The translations under genes were made by a program, and so were the position numbers. A DNA stretch of 48,850 nt from a virus: IMG/VR virus record IMGVR_UViG_3300002460_000044, positions 1 through 48,850 of that record, one strand, 5' to 3'. How positions within the stretch are numbered: position 1 is the stretch's first letter; every line of letters begins with the position of its first letter. The notes below the pieces were generated by a model that did not search any database, was not told the DNA's origin, and saw nothing but the letters and a program-made list of their open reading frames with translations. This document shows, piece after piece, positions 18,197 to 27,114 of the stretch.

Positions 18197-19140
18197 TCTT
18201 TTCCTTTCGCTAAGTAATTTTCTATTAGTTCTCCTAATTGGGCCATACGACAAGCAGATGTAAACTCCCAATGCTCACTTTCACACTCTTGGTCAGGTAT
18301 ATCTTTTAACATTTCTATAGCTTGTTTTGGTGTACTAAAAAACCCTACTGCTGGGCAAGTTAGCATCAGTTCCATCCCAGGGGCATATTGCTGACACAAC
18401 TTTCCACCGGCCCGTAGTACTTTACCTACCCGATTACTCCAATAACCCCAACAATTAGGATTGACACTAAATCCTAGTACTACCTTACTTCTAGCTATTA
18501 ACGCATTATATGCAGCACCATAAACAGCAGGGACAGCTTCAAAACCTTCTTTTATCCATTCTTCATAATTCCACGAGAATATTTTTACAGGTATTTCCTT
18601 GTTAATCTCTGTCAGAAAAGGCACTCTATCTCCCTGCTTTAAATAACTTCCAGTAAACACCACGTCATATTCTTTTGGTGACCCTCTAAAGGTAGGTAAA
18701 TCCCCATCACACACATCCATCTGAAAGTAACAAGGTTTTATTCCTTGTTTTACGTATTCAGGGAAAAGTCCTCCTTCTCCTGATAAATATAAATCAGCTG
18801 CTCTAGCCATTCCCAAATGCCAATCTGGAAAGCCTTGATCCCACATGTAATCCCATACCCAATATAGGACGGGGGCTCCACTTAGTTTCCTTAACTTCTC
18901 AGTGAAACTCCCATCGTAGAAGTGGTGCCATTTACAAATAATGTTTATATCAGCCTTTAAATCTTCTGGCACATCATACTTACCTTTAGGAAATCCCTCG
19001 ATAACATACTCCCGCCAAGCATCTCTGGGTATTCTATGAACTGTGTTACCTAGCCTCTCCAATTCTCTAGCTAAATGAACTTCGTCTGCTTCTTCACCTA
19101 CGTAGCCTTTTTGGTAATTGCCAATGAAATTTATTATCAT
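18178..19140 (-). CDS. CgeB-like / GT-B-like glycosyltransferase candidate
   Basis: 320 aa. DVVFTGSYLKQGDRVPFL and WSNRVGKVLRAGGKL resemble the CgeB/Glyco_trans_1_2 pattern. ATGA overlap with the upstream stop. Weakest of the GT calls. Confidence 0.4.
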   Translation of the reverse strand: MIINFIGNYQKGYVGEEADEVHLARELERLGNTVHRIPRDAWREYVIEGFPKGKYDVPEDLKADINIICKWHHFYDGSFTEKLRKLSGAPVLYWVWDYMWDQGFPDWHLGMARAADLYLSGEGGLFPEYVKQGIKPCYFQMDVCDGDLPTFRGSPKEYDVVFTGSYLKQGDRVPFLTEINKEIPVKIFSWNYEEWIKEGFEAVPAVYGAAYNALIARSKVVLGFSVNPNCWGYWSNRVGKVLRAGGKLCQQYAPGMELMLTCPAVGFFSTPKQAIEMLKDIPDQECESEHWEFTSACRMAQLGELIENYLAKGKEWNKIP

Positions 19141-19646
19141 AATTCCACCTTACTCATACTAGTATTTTTATCTATTCGTTTAAATAACTCCCACTTATTT
19201 ACTTTGTGGGTATTTACAAACTCGGCTACAGCTTGGACTACTCCAGGACTAGATTCATCACAATCGTGGAAGAGCATTACTCCGTCTTCTTTCATGTAGG
19301 GATACCACGATTTAATATCTGTCTTGCACCCCTCGTATGAATGATCCCCATCTATAAACAAAACAGCTATTTTCCCATTTGCCCAAGTTTTAGCAATCTC
19401 CTCACTTTTTCCTTGCTTAAATACCGTTCCTTCAATAAATACTGGGTCTTTAATATCTATACCAACTACAGAAACACCTGTCTTTGCCGCTTGACTAGCA
19501 ACCCACAAACTCCTACCCTTATCCACCCCAATTTCTACATAACTGTCCCCTGCATTTAATTTCTCTATCTCTGGTATCAATATCTCAGCATCAAAGGTGC
19601 TAAATGCCCCTTGTGGTGCTTCTTTGTCTAGTCTTTCGAGATCCAT
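19137..19646 (-). CDS. Class I SAM-dependent methyltransferase (Methyltransf_24 / CmcI-like)
   Basis: 169 aa. YVEIGVDKGRSLWV (motif I), VVGIDI, and LFIDGDHSYEGC, which is typical of this family. Confidence 0.6.
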   Translation of the reverse strand: MDLERLDKEAPQGAFSTFDAEILIPEIEKLNAGDSYVEIGVDKGRSLWVASQAAKTGVSVVGIDIKDPVFIEGTVFKQGKSEEIAKTWANGKIAVLFIDGDHSYEGCKTDIKSWYPYMKEDGVMLFHDCDESSPGVVQAVAEFVNTHKVNKWELFKRIDKNTSMSKVEL

Positions 19647-20118
19647 AGTTTCTTTCCCAATTCCTTTCTGCGTTTATTCTCGCTTGTACAGCCAAATCAT
19701 AATCTTTAAAACAACCAGCCCATTTTGCTATTCTATTCCTCTTTAAGGAAACAAACCAGTATTTTCCTTTATATAAAGTTACTCCTGGTATTCCACTAGT
19801 ATTATTACTTTGTAGTCCTTTATTTAATACATTTTCACTTCTTGTAACAACTCTCAAATTTTTTCTTCTGTTATCTAATTTATTTCTATTTTTATGGTCA
19901 GTCTCAACTTTAATTAAAATTCCTCTTGGATTTCCTAAGATAATCCTGTGCATATAGATTTTCCTATTCTTACCATTAACCCACTGATTTCTATGAGCAT
20001 AACCATTAGATCTATCAAAACACCATTTCCACTGGTTTAGCCAATTAAAGTCTTCATCGTCAACTAAAGCATATCTGCCTTGTGTTAATTTAATTTTTTT
20101 TACTGTATTTGCCTTCAT
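19600..20118 (-). CDS. HNH-AP2 homing endonuclease inserted in the glycosylation island
   Basis: From internal ATG 20118: MKANTVKKIKLTQGRYALVDDEDFNWLNQWKW..GYA...MHRIILG..VETDHKNRNKLDNRRKNLRVVT (HNH_3), then SGIPGVTL..KYWFV...WAGCF.DYDLAV.AR (AP2 domain). It overlaps the upstream GT by 29 nt and the downstream methyltransferase by 47 nt. Confidence 0.8.
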   Translation of the reverse strand: MKANTVKKIKLTQGRYALVDDEDFNWLNQWKWCFDRSNGYAHRNQWVNGKNRKIYMHRIILGNPRGILIKVETDHKNRNKLDNRRKNLRVVTRSENVLNKGLQSNNTSGIPGVTLYKGKYWFVSLKRNRIAKWAGCFKDYDLAVQARINAERNWERNYGSRKTRQRSTTRGI

Positions 20119-20899
20119 AATCAGGCGTAAATACCCTTTCTGGAGACTTTGGTATATCAAATGTAGCCTCCCATATTCCATCATCAGTTCTATTAAATCC
20201 CCATTTTTCTCGGAAGTAGGCGTAGTTTCGGAATCTATATGAATCATTTTCTGGTAGGAAAGTGCCTGAAGTTTGGGAGAAGTGATAGACGATACAATTA
20301 GTATTCTGGTATGGCTGTACTCCTGCAAGTTTAATTTTATATTCTAAATCCGAATCTCCGTTCGATCCAAAAGGATCGAAGTTAATATCATATCCTCCAA
20401 TTAAATCCCACAAATCTCTTCTTATAAGAAAAGGTAGATTAAATCCTGTTCTAATTCCTTGTCCTTCATATTCTTCTGCAAACTTATTCCATTTTTTTTC
20501 ATTAAAATCGTTTATACCCCCACAATCAAAAACTTCAAATGTTGGTGCTCCTGAATTCGGTTCTACAAGTTTCGGCGAAATACACAACATCTCTTCGGAT
20601 AATCCAGCCAATAAGTTTTCTAGCCACCTTTCTGGATATACCATGTCATCATTTGTAACTAATATCCAGGGATGATTTGTAGTTTGGGCAGCTGCATTTA
20701 CCGCAATACATTGTCCTTGTTGATTGATTTTTATATCACCATTTATAACATTATAAATACCATTTACTACTACACTTATACTAAGTGGTGTTCTTATAGT
20801 TGTTTCGGTTAAAGATCGATAGCAACGGCTTAAAACTGGCTTAGTCTTTTGTGTAGCCAAAGTAGGGATGATAACTAAAATATCGTTAGGTAATATCAT
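20090..20899 (-). CDS. GT-A fold glycosyltransferase
   Basis: ILVIIPTLATQ... and VTNDDMVY (DxD-type). I prefer ATG 20899 (SD GGAGAAG 7 nt upstream) over track start 20935. Confidence 0.55.
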   Translation of the reverse strand: MILPNDILVIIPTLATQKTKPVLSRCYRSLTETTIRTPLSISVVVNGIYNVINGDIKINQQGQCIAVNAAAQTTNHPWILVTNDDMVYPERWLENLLAGLSEEMLCISPKLVEPNSGAPTFEVFDCGGINDFNEKKWNKFAEEYEGQGIRTGFNLPFLIRRDLWDLIGGYDINFDPFGSNGDSDLEYKIKLAGVQPYQNTNCIVYHFSQTSGTFLPENDSYRFRNYAYFREKWGFNRTDDGIWEATFDIPKSPERVFTPDYEGKYSKKN

Positions 20900-22004
20900 T
20901 ATTAAACTTCTCCATACTGCTAATAATATAATCAAGATCAGATTTTTTTAGCCCCTGATGACACCCAAATAATAATCCATGTCTATTCACCCGCAGGGCT
21001 TCTGGATAATTCCGGTTATTTACCGTAATATATGGCTGATTTATTAAGGGCATTATAGTTCTGGTAGTAATCCCTTTTTTCTCTAAATACAAGATAAGTT
21101 CATTTCTCCTAAGATGAAAGAAAGGAAACATCATAAAGGCGTGATTATCTAAGTAGCTGTCTGGGTGGTGGTTACCCAGTTTTTTTGATAAGTACCTAGC
21201 GTTTTCTTGCCTCTTACTTAACATATTCTGCCAATTTTCCAGTTCTACCAACCCCAAGGCAGCTTCCATCTCCGTACTCCTACTTGAATAACCTGGATAA
21301 TTAAATCTAAATCTTGCTTCAATTACTTCTGGATTGTACTTATCATCGTCATCTATTTTCATATATTTGTTGTCCCTACCGTGAAAGACTAGACTACGGA
21401 TAAGATCAGCTAGTTTTTGGTCATTGGTACAAGCCGTACCGCCTACACCAGTAACAAGAAGGTGAGCAATGTAAAACGAAAAACAGGTTACATCTCCAAT
21501 TCCAACTCCATCTACAAACATAGTTTCGCAAGAATCCTCAATGACCTTTAATTTATACTTCCTGGCAATTGCCATAATTTCTTTCATTTTAGCTGGCTTA
21601 CCTAGTAGGTGGACTGGCATAATTGCACGAGTTTTTGGTGTAATTGCAGCCCCGATTAAATCTGGATTTAGATTAATATCCTTACCTATATCAACTACTA
21701 CTGGTGTCAGATTATTATGTACAACCACGTTGTAGGTCGCTACAAAAGTCACAGAAGGTATGATAATCTCATCCCCGTCTTTCCACTTACCTAGTATCTT
21801 CAAAGCGTGTATGGATGCTTGAAGGGCCGAAGTACCACTATTTGTGAACACCCCATATTGGTTATTGTGAAGTTTGGAGAATTTATCCTCAAACTCGGCT
21901 GTCATCGGGCCATAGGAAAGTCGGTTGCTTTTCAAAGCTTCAACTACTTTATCTATATGTTTCTGGCTCACGTGGATCGTGCCTACATCTATCGTTTTCT
22001 GCAT
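20886..22004 (-). CDS. DegT/DnrJ/EryC1-fold sugar aminotransferase/dehydratase with His at the PLP-lysine position (ColD/E1-like?)
   Basis: 372 aa. FTNSGTSALQASIHAL is present. In FSFYIAHLLVTGVGG, H aligns with the K of the canonical SFHxxK motif. Confidence 0.7.
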   Translation of the reverse strand: MQKTIDVGTIHVSQKHIDKVVEALKSNRLSYGPMTAEFEDKFSKLHNNQYGVFTNSGTSALQASIHALKILGKWKDGDEIIIPSVTFVATYNVVVHNNLTPVVVDIGKDINLNPDLIGAAITPKTRAIMPVHLLGKPAKMKEIMAIARKYKLKVIEDSCETMFVDGVGIGDVTCFSFYIAHLLVTGVGGTACTNDQKLADLIRSLVFHGRDNKYMKIDDDDKYNPEVIEARFRFNYPGYSSRSTEMEAALGLVELENWQNMLSKRQENARYLSKKLGNHHPDSYLDNHAFMMFPFFHLRRNELILYLEKKGITTRTIMPLINQPYITVNNRNYPEALRVNRHGLLFGCHQGLKKSDLDYIISSMEKFNNDIT

Positions 22005-22651
22005 ATAAACATAAAATTATAATGGCTAGAATCGGAATTTAACTGCTCCCCCTCGGCTGTTTCTTGTATAGTTAACTCCGCTTCTTCAAAGGCTTCTTCC
22101 AATGCTTGCTTAGAATATTCTTGCAGGTGGGTATCCTCCCAGGGTTCCTCTTCTTCTTTTTTACCCATCATATTTCGATCGTTTAGATTTGTTCCTTCAT
22201 TCACAAAAGAACGCCACAGAATAATAATTACATACTTTCTAGCTACTTTAGCCATTTCTTTTATGGCTGATTTATAGTCATCGAGATGATCTAAGGTGTG
22301 CATACAAACCACAGCATCCCAAGAGTTGTTTGGTTCTTTTAGTTTTCTGGCATCCTGTATCTCGAAACTTCCTTCTGGAAATGTATCTTTAGCTATGGCC
22401 ACCATCGCCCAAGAATAATCTATACCCTTGTATTCAAATCCATAATCTTTATTCAATTCATATAATGGGCCTGTACCACAACCAACGTCAAGAAAGCCCT
22501 CAATTCCTAACTCTTTCATCTTGTCCAATAAATAAATTCGGTGCTTCTGTGACCCCATCTGGTAGGTTGATTTAAAGGAATCCCAGTAAGTTCTTTCAGT
22601 TTGTCCGTTGTGCATCTTCCTCCATTTTACGATCATATTCTTCTGGGTCAT
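21989..22651 (-). CDS. Class I SAM-dependent methyltransferase
   Basis: Motif I FLDVGCGTGPL, and VVCMHTLDHL. Start ambiguous: ATG at 22651, 22636, or 22615 (the last with SD GGAGGAAG). Confidence 0.65.
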   Translation of the reverse strand: MTQKNMIVKWRKMHNGQTERTYWDSFKSTYQMGSQKHRIYLLDKMKELGIEGFLDVGCGTGPLYELNKDYGFEYKGIDYSWAMVAIAKDTFPEGSFEIQDARKLKEPNNSWDAVVCMHTLDHLDDYKSAIKEMAKVARKYVIIILWRSFVNEGTNLNDRNMMGKKEEEEPWEDTHLQEYSKQALEEAFEEAELTIQETAEGEQLNSDSSHYNFMFICRKR

Positions 22652-23255
22652 TGTCTAAAAGCTGCAAATTAGTACCAGCCATAATATGAGTTATAATGGT
22701 CTTGTTAGTATCAGTCCACTTACCTAACCGCTTATACAAATCTTGCTCTGCTAACAAGGAAAGATTCTCATTCCACCTGCCTATTTCTTCAAAATGCTTC
22801 TTTGTAATCATCATTAGTCCAGCATCTCTACCACCCCTCATACTCTCTTGATCAAATGAATCTCTATTATAAGTGGCCTTCACGTATTCTCTGCTTCTTG
22901 GGACTTGATCTGGAAATACTGCGTCATAACCTTGTTCAATATATTGCCTAAGACCTGGCAACCATCCTTCGTGAACAAAAACATCGTTTTGAATAAATAC
23001 TAGGTACTCACCTCTAGCAACTTGTGCTCCTAGATTCATGCAAACGGTGTAGCCTGGATCATTGGGTAAATTAAAGTATTTATCCACTTTCAATACGTTG
23101 TAATCATCTCTTATTGGAAATTTAGGTACTGGATTCATCACAATCAGTTCGTAGTCTTCTGGATCAGTAAACTTGGTTATATTGGCAATACAAGCCATCG
23201 ACATGTGAGCGTTAAATCTGGAGTTGTTAAAACAGGTCAAAATTATACTCGTCAT
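22596..23255 (-). CDS. GT-A fold glycosyltransferase
   Basis: 219 aa. MTSIILTCFNN..., DPGYTVCMNLGAQVARGEYLVFIQNDVFV. ATGA overlap with the upstream stop. Confidence 0.55.
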   Translation of the reverse strand: MTSIILTCFNNSRFNAHMSMACIANITKFTDPEDYELIVMNPVPKFPIRDDYNVLKVDKYFNLPNDPGYTVCMNLGAQVARGEYLVFIQNDVFVHEGWLPGLRQYIEQGYDAVFPDQVPRSREYVKATYNRDSFDQESMRGGRDAGLMMITKKHFEEIGRWNENLSLLAEQDLYKRLGKWTDTNKTIITHIMAGTNLQLLDNDPEEYDRKMEEDAQRTN

Positions 23256-24133
23256 AGATTTGCCTTTATATCCCTTTCTAAACTGGTAAGCAAGGGTCGC
23301 CTATAAATACTTTTTAGTACCTGAATATCAGCTATGGCACTTTTCACCCCAAAGTCAGTATTCTGATAAACTACCTCGATATTTTTCTTTCGACTGGCCT
23401 TTTTGAATATCTCGGCTAGTTTGTTCATTGAGGTTCCTAACCCACTACCAACATTGATAAATTTACCCTCAAAATCTGGGTTCTTAATCGCTTCGAGAAT
23501 GATCTGGACTATATCCACTATACTGACAAAATCCCTAACTTGCGTACCATCCCCGTGAATTACCAATTTCTTGTCCTGCACCCCATTTAAGAACCTATTT
23601 ATCACACTGTCATCCTGCGGGGTCGGGTTAAAACCATAGATATTAAAAAATCTAAATACAACAATCGGAAGTCTATATCTTAAAGCCGCACACAAGTACT
23701 CACATTCTATCTTGCTTTGCCCATAAGGGTTATTTACTTCCAACTCGTCTGTTTCTCTTATCGCTGTCCTCCCAACAATTTTATATACAGAAGCCGAAGA
23801 AGGAAATATAAACTTGGCTTTGTTTTGCTCGGCTGCCAATAATGCTCTAAGAGTACCTTTGGTGTTCAAGGCTAAAGTAAACTCTGGGTCTTTTATTGCT
23901 TGGCTAACCGAAACTTGAGCCGCTAAGTGGATAATTACGTCAGCATCTTTGGTTTCTTCCATAAAATCCGGACTGAATATATCTTTTCCGTCACGTATAT
24001 CCCAACCAACAGCGTTTGGTAAGGCCCGCATTAGATGAGTACCAATGAAACCACGACTGCCTGTTACGACAATTTTCTTTTGTTTGGTTAGTTTTTTTAG
24101 CATTTCATTTAGGGAGCCAAGTTTCGTTGTCAT
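23252..24133 (-). CDS. NAD-dependent nucleotide-sugar epimerase/dehydratase (extended SDR)
   Basis: 293 aa. Rossmann motif VVTGSRGFIGTHL, SSASVY, and catalytic YGQSK (YxxxK). Confidence 0.75.
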   Translation of the reverse strand: MTTKLGSLNEMLKKLTKQKKIVVTGSRGFIGTHLMRALPNAVGWDIRDGKDIFSPDFMEETKDADVIIHLAAQVSVSQAIKDPEFTLALNTKGTLRALLAAEQNKAKFIFPSSASVYKIVGRTAIRETDELEVNNPYGQSKIECEYLCAALRYRLPIVVFRFFNIYGFNPTPQDDSVINRFLNGVQDKKLVIHGDGTQVRDFVSIVDIVQIILEAIKNPDFEGKFINVGSGLGTSMNKLAEIFKKASRKKNIEVVYQNTDFGVKSAIADIQVLKSIYRRPLLTSLERDIKANL

Positions 24134-24809
24134 ACGCCTCCATCTGGTCGAACTGCCCTACATAATCTTTTAATTCAGCATTGTGTTTTTGCATCTCTGG
24201 TGTAAACGATTCGGGATAACCCCAATTAGTCTTTCCAAAAGGATGATAAGCTCTAAGCTTAGTGGTTCTACCCGTTTTCCAGCCATTACCTTGTAACCTG
24301 CTGCAAATCCATCTTTCTTCGTTATTTCTGCCACTACTTATTTTATGTTCCCAACCGTTTACTTTTCTTACTGCCTCTGTCCTCATTATTCTCATTACCG
24401 CCCCGCACATATTTACTTCCTTCACATCTTCTGGGTCTTTTGGGTCAAAACCAACCGCCCCAATAAGAATGTGAGGATGTAAAGAAATTGCTCCGTAAGT
24501 TGGTCTTTCATCCATAAACTTAACCATTTGTGAAAGCCAATCTGGCTCTGTCTGCGGTACATAAATATCATTATCACTCGTAATAAAATATTCGCTTTCA
24601 GATAGAGCCAAGGCAATATTCCACGCTCCGTGTATCCCAATATTTTCCGATAAACCAACATACAAATCCACTTCATCCTTAAATTCCTCATTTCCGCCGT
24701 TATCAATAATTGTTAGCCTATACGGGGTCTTAGTACGCTCTTTCAGATACTTAATTGTATTTGCAGTGAAATGCTGTCTTAGAAACGTGGTGAGAAATAT
24801 ATCTATCAC
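24105..24809 (-). CDS. GT-A fold glycosyltransferase
   Basis: 234 aa. RLTIIDNGGNEE, NIGIHGAWNIAL, ITSDNDIYV. The GTG start overlaps the upstream stop as GTGA. Confidence 0.55.
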   Translation of the reverse strand: MIDIFLTTFLRQHFTANTIKYLKERTKTPYRLTIIDNGGNEEFKDEVDLYVGLSENIGIHGAWNIALALSESEYFITSDNDIYVPQTEPDWLSQMVKFMDERPTYGAISLHPHILIGAVGFDPKDPEDVKEVNMCGAVMRIMRTEAVRKVNGWEHKISSGRNNEERWICSRLQGNGWKTGRTTKLRAYHPFGKTNWGYPESFTPEMQKHNAELKDYVGQFDQMEAYDNETWLPK

Positions 24810-25603
24810 TCTACCCCCTGTTTTGAATGGACTATGTACAAGTATTCATCTATTGGTTTTGAGTGGTACTTTCTTGTGTAGGAATACCATAAAGCAAAAT
24901 CATTTCCCCACGGGTTACCTAATTCTTTAATTATCTTATTTGGTTCAGCTTCATGATCTACCATAAAGAATTCACGCAGTTCTGGATATTTTATTTGGTA
25001 ATAAGCCGAGAAATCATACGGACTTCCCATATATAAATCCCTAACTCCTCCGTAATTTATCTCCGTACAATCTATATCCTTAATATGCGTAGGAGGATAA
25101 GCCCTCAAGTCATCATAAACACCTCTATGCCAAACAAACGTCCCATTTACTATATTTCCCCCTCCAAACACCTCGTGGCCTACTTTTAGTTTTTTTGGCT
25201 TAAAGGTTCCTCTCAAAACGGTCCCGCCGTCTGCATGAACATACCTAGCCCCAAAGTTAAACATTTTATACTTAGGCCACTTTCTAAAAAAGTAATCCAC
25301 CCTTTCCAAATAATGCTTCTCATATTCGTCATCACTATCCAAAAGGCAAAATATCTGTCCCTGAGCGTGCTTGAAGCCTTCATTCAAGGCTACCACCCTT
25401 TCATTGTGAGACACATTTACCACATTCAGTCTTGAATAAGGCGGTATCTCAAAGTCTTGGGTACTACCGTCATTGACTACTATATGTTCGTAGTCCCTAA
25501 AAGTTTGAGCCTCCACACTATCAATAGCCCTTTTTAGACTCTCCTTCCTATAATTATTCCAAATGTTTACTGGAGTTATAATTGACAGTCTTGGACTAGC
25601 CAC
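24806..25603 (-). CDS. Family 2 glycosyltransferase
   Basis: LSIITPVNIWNNYRKESLKRAIDSVEAQTFRDYEHIVVNDGS and LDSDDEY (DxD). I prefer GTG 25603 (SD AAGGAG 7 nt upstream) over track start 25636. Confidence 0.7.
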   Translation of the reverse strand: MASPRLSIITPVNIWNNYRKESLKRAIDSVEAQTFRDYEHIVVNDGSTQDFEIPPYSRLNVVNVSHNERVVALNEGFKHAQGQIFCLLDSDDEYEKHYLERVDYFFRKWPKYKMFNFGARYVHADGGTVLRGTFKPKKLKVGHEVFGGGNIVNGTFVWHRGVYDDLRAYPPTHIKDIDCTEINYGGVRDLYMGSPYDFSAYYQIKYPELREFFMVDHEAEPNKIIKELGNPWGNDFALWYSYTRKYHSKPIDEYLYIVHSKQGVE

Positions 25604-26366
25604 CCCACTTCTCCTTATACTTCTCCCTGCTCTCATTCATCAAATCAGGGGTTTCGACCATCCCCGTGCTAGTACCCCCAATCACATGGTAAATATTAAC
25701 CTTTTTAGTACTGGCATACTTTTTACCTGCCTCATCCATCCTCTTGAGGAAATCCAAGTCCTCTAAATAAACAAAAAACTGCTCGTCAAATGTTCCAATT
25801 TCCCTAAAAAGGGATTTCCTAGCCAAAACGCAGGAAAAGTCCCTAAAATCGCTAAAAGCCTCTCGAAAATCTTTGCCCTCCCAAAGTTTTGCCTTATCAG
25901 AAGCCTCTACCGCCCTAGAAAAAGGCTCACCATACATAGGAGTAGCCATTACTAGGTCAAGCTCTTGCAGGGCCTCCTGAAGCCCCTCAAGCCAAGAGTC
26001 AAAAACCATAGCGTCATTATTAAGCAAGCAGACGTACTCGCCACTACTTACCCTAATTGCTTGATTCCAAGCAGCGGCTATTCCCTTATTTTGTTCATTT
26101 ACTATTACTTTATCTACTTTGTAATCCGAAAGTTTAGCAAGTTTTATTGGAGAAGCATTATCCACCAATATAATTTCGTAAGGAAGTTTAGTGTATTCTC
26201 TCACCGATCCTATACAATTTCCTGTGTAGTGAAGCAAAGGATAGTTGAGATTATGACAAAGAATAATTATTGAAGTTAATCCTGCGACTTCGCTAGGATT
26301 ATCGGCAACATTTTGTGGGCTATTTATAGTAGTCCAGGTTTCCTGACTAATGGTTTCAGTTTCCAT
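25596..26366 (-). CDS. Family 2 glycosyltransferase
   Basis: 256 aa. TSIIILCHN, EIILVDNASP, NKGIAAAWNQAI, LLNNDAMV. Confidence 0.65.
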   Translation of the reverse strand: METETISQETWTTINSPQNVADNPSEVAGLTSIIILCHNLNYPLLHYTGNCIGSVREYTKLPYEIILVDNASPIKLAKLSDYKVDKVIVNEQNKGIAAAWNQAIRVSSGEYVCLLNNDAMVFDSWLEGLQEALQELDLVMATPMYGEPFSRAVEASDKAKLWEGKDFREAFSDFRDFSCVLARKSLFREIGTFDEQFFVYLEDLDFLKRMDEAGKKYASTKKVNIYHVIGGTSTGMVETPDLMNESREKYKEKWGG

Positions 26367-27114
26367 AGGATTTATTTATTTCCTGTACTTTTTGTAATAG
26401 TTGATTTTGGCTAAAGTTAGCAAACGCTTCTAAGTCTTTAGGCAAACATCTGCCGCCAACGCCTTTGTGGCCTTTATGGCCTACGTAAAAGTGATGTTGA
26501 CTTCCCCAAGGATGCTCAAGAAGCCTATCTCTAATATAGGTATAATTGGCACCTATTTTCTGGGCTATATCGTTCATTTCCTCGGCAAAGACTACTTTTA
26601 AAGCAAAAAAGCTGTTGAAAGCGTATTTGGTCATCTCGGCAGTTATTGTGTCAGTCATCTTAGGTTGGAGATACTTATACCTAGCGTCGTAAATAGCTTT
26701 TACCTCATTACCGTAGTTTGGATTGTCCGCCCCAATTATTACCATTACCGGTCTTTTAGCGTCTAGTTCCCATTGGCTTTCGGTAAGAAACTCTGGATTC
26801 GATACCACTCTATCCATATTCATACTTTCCATAATTGCTCTGGCTGTTCCTGGAATTACTGTGGAACGAATAATATAGAGGGGATTCGCCCTTATCCCCT
26901 CAATTTGCTTGATGGTGTCTCTGATTGCCGTTGTGTCACAAGTACCTTCCTTGGTGGGCGTAGGCAAACAGAGGAATACGTAGCGGCAATTTGCAGCATC
27001 ATTTAAGGTAATATTGCTATCACCATTTATATCAAAGTATTTAGTTATTCCAAAGGCTAGGGCGGTAGCCTTGCCGACTACACCCCAACCAATAATACAA
27101 GAATTTTCCATCAA
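26356..27114 (-). CDS. UDP-glucose/GDP-mannose 6-dehydrogenase-like protein, short form
   Basis: 252 aa. GWGVVG Rossmann motif, NPEFLTE, KYAFNSFFALKVVFAEE, and catalytic-Cys motif GGRCLPKD about 27 aa before the stop. The usual C-terminal UDP-binding domain appears to be absent. Confidence 0.6.
   Translation of the reverse strand: MMENSCIIGWGVVGKATALAFGITKYFDINGDSNITLNDAANCRYVFLCLPTPTKEGTCDTTAIRDTIKQIEGIRANPLYIIRSTVIPGTARAIMESMNMDRVVSNPEFLTESQWELDAKRPVMVIIGADNPNYGNEVKAIYDARYKYLQPKMTDTITAEMTKYAFNSFFALKVVFAEEMNDIAQKIGANYTYIRDRLLEHPWGSQHHFYVGHKGHKGVGGRCLPKDLEAFANFSQNQLLQKVQEINKSYGN

Noticed and set aside
17495-20328. Track-predicted long 5' extensions of 17495..18271 and 19600..20328
   Set aside because: The extensions overlap upstream genes by 94 and 239 nt. 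Internal ATGs (18196 and 20118) precede the recognisable domains, and ATG 18196 has an SD (AAAGGA).
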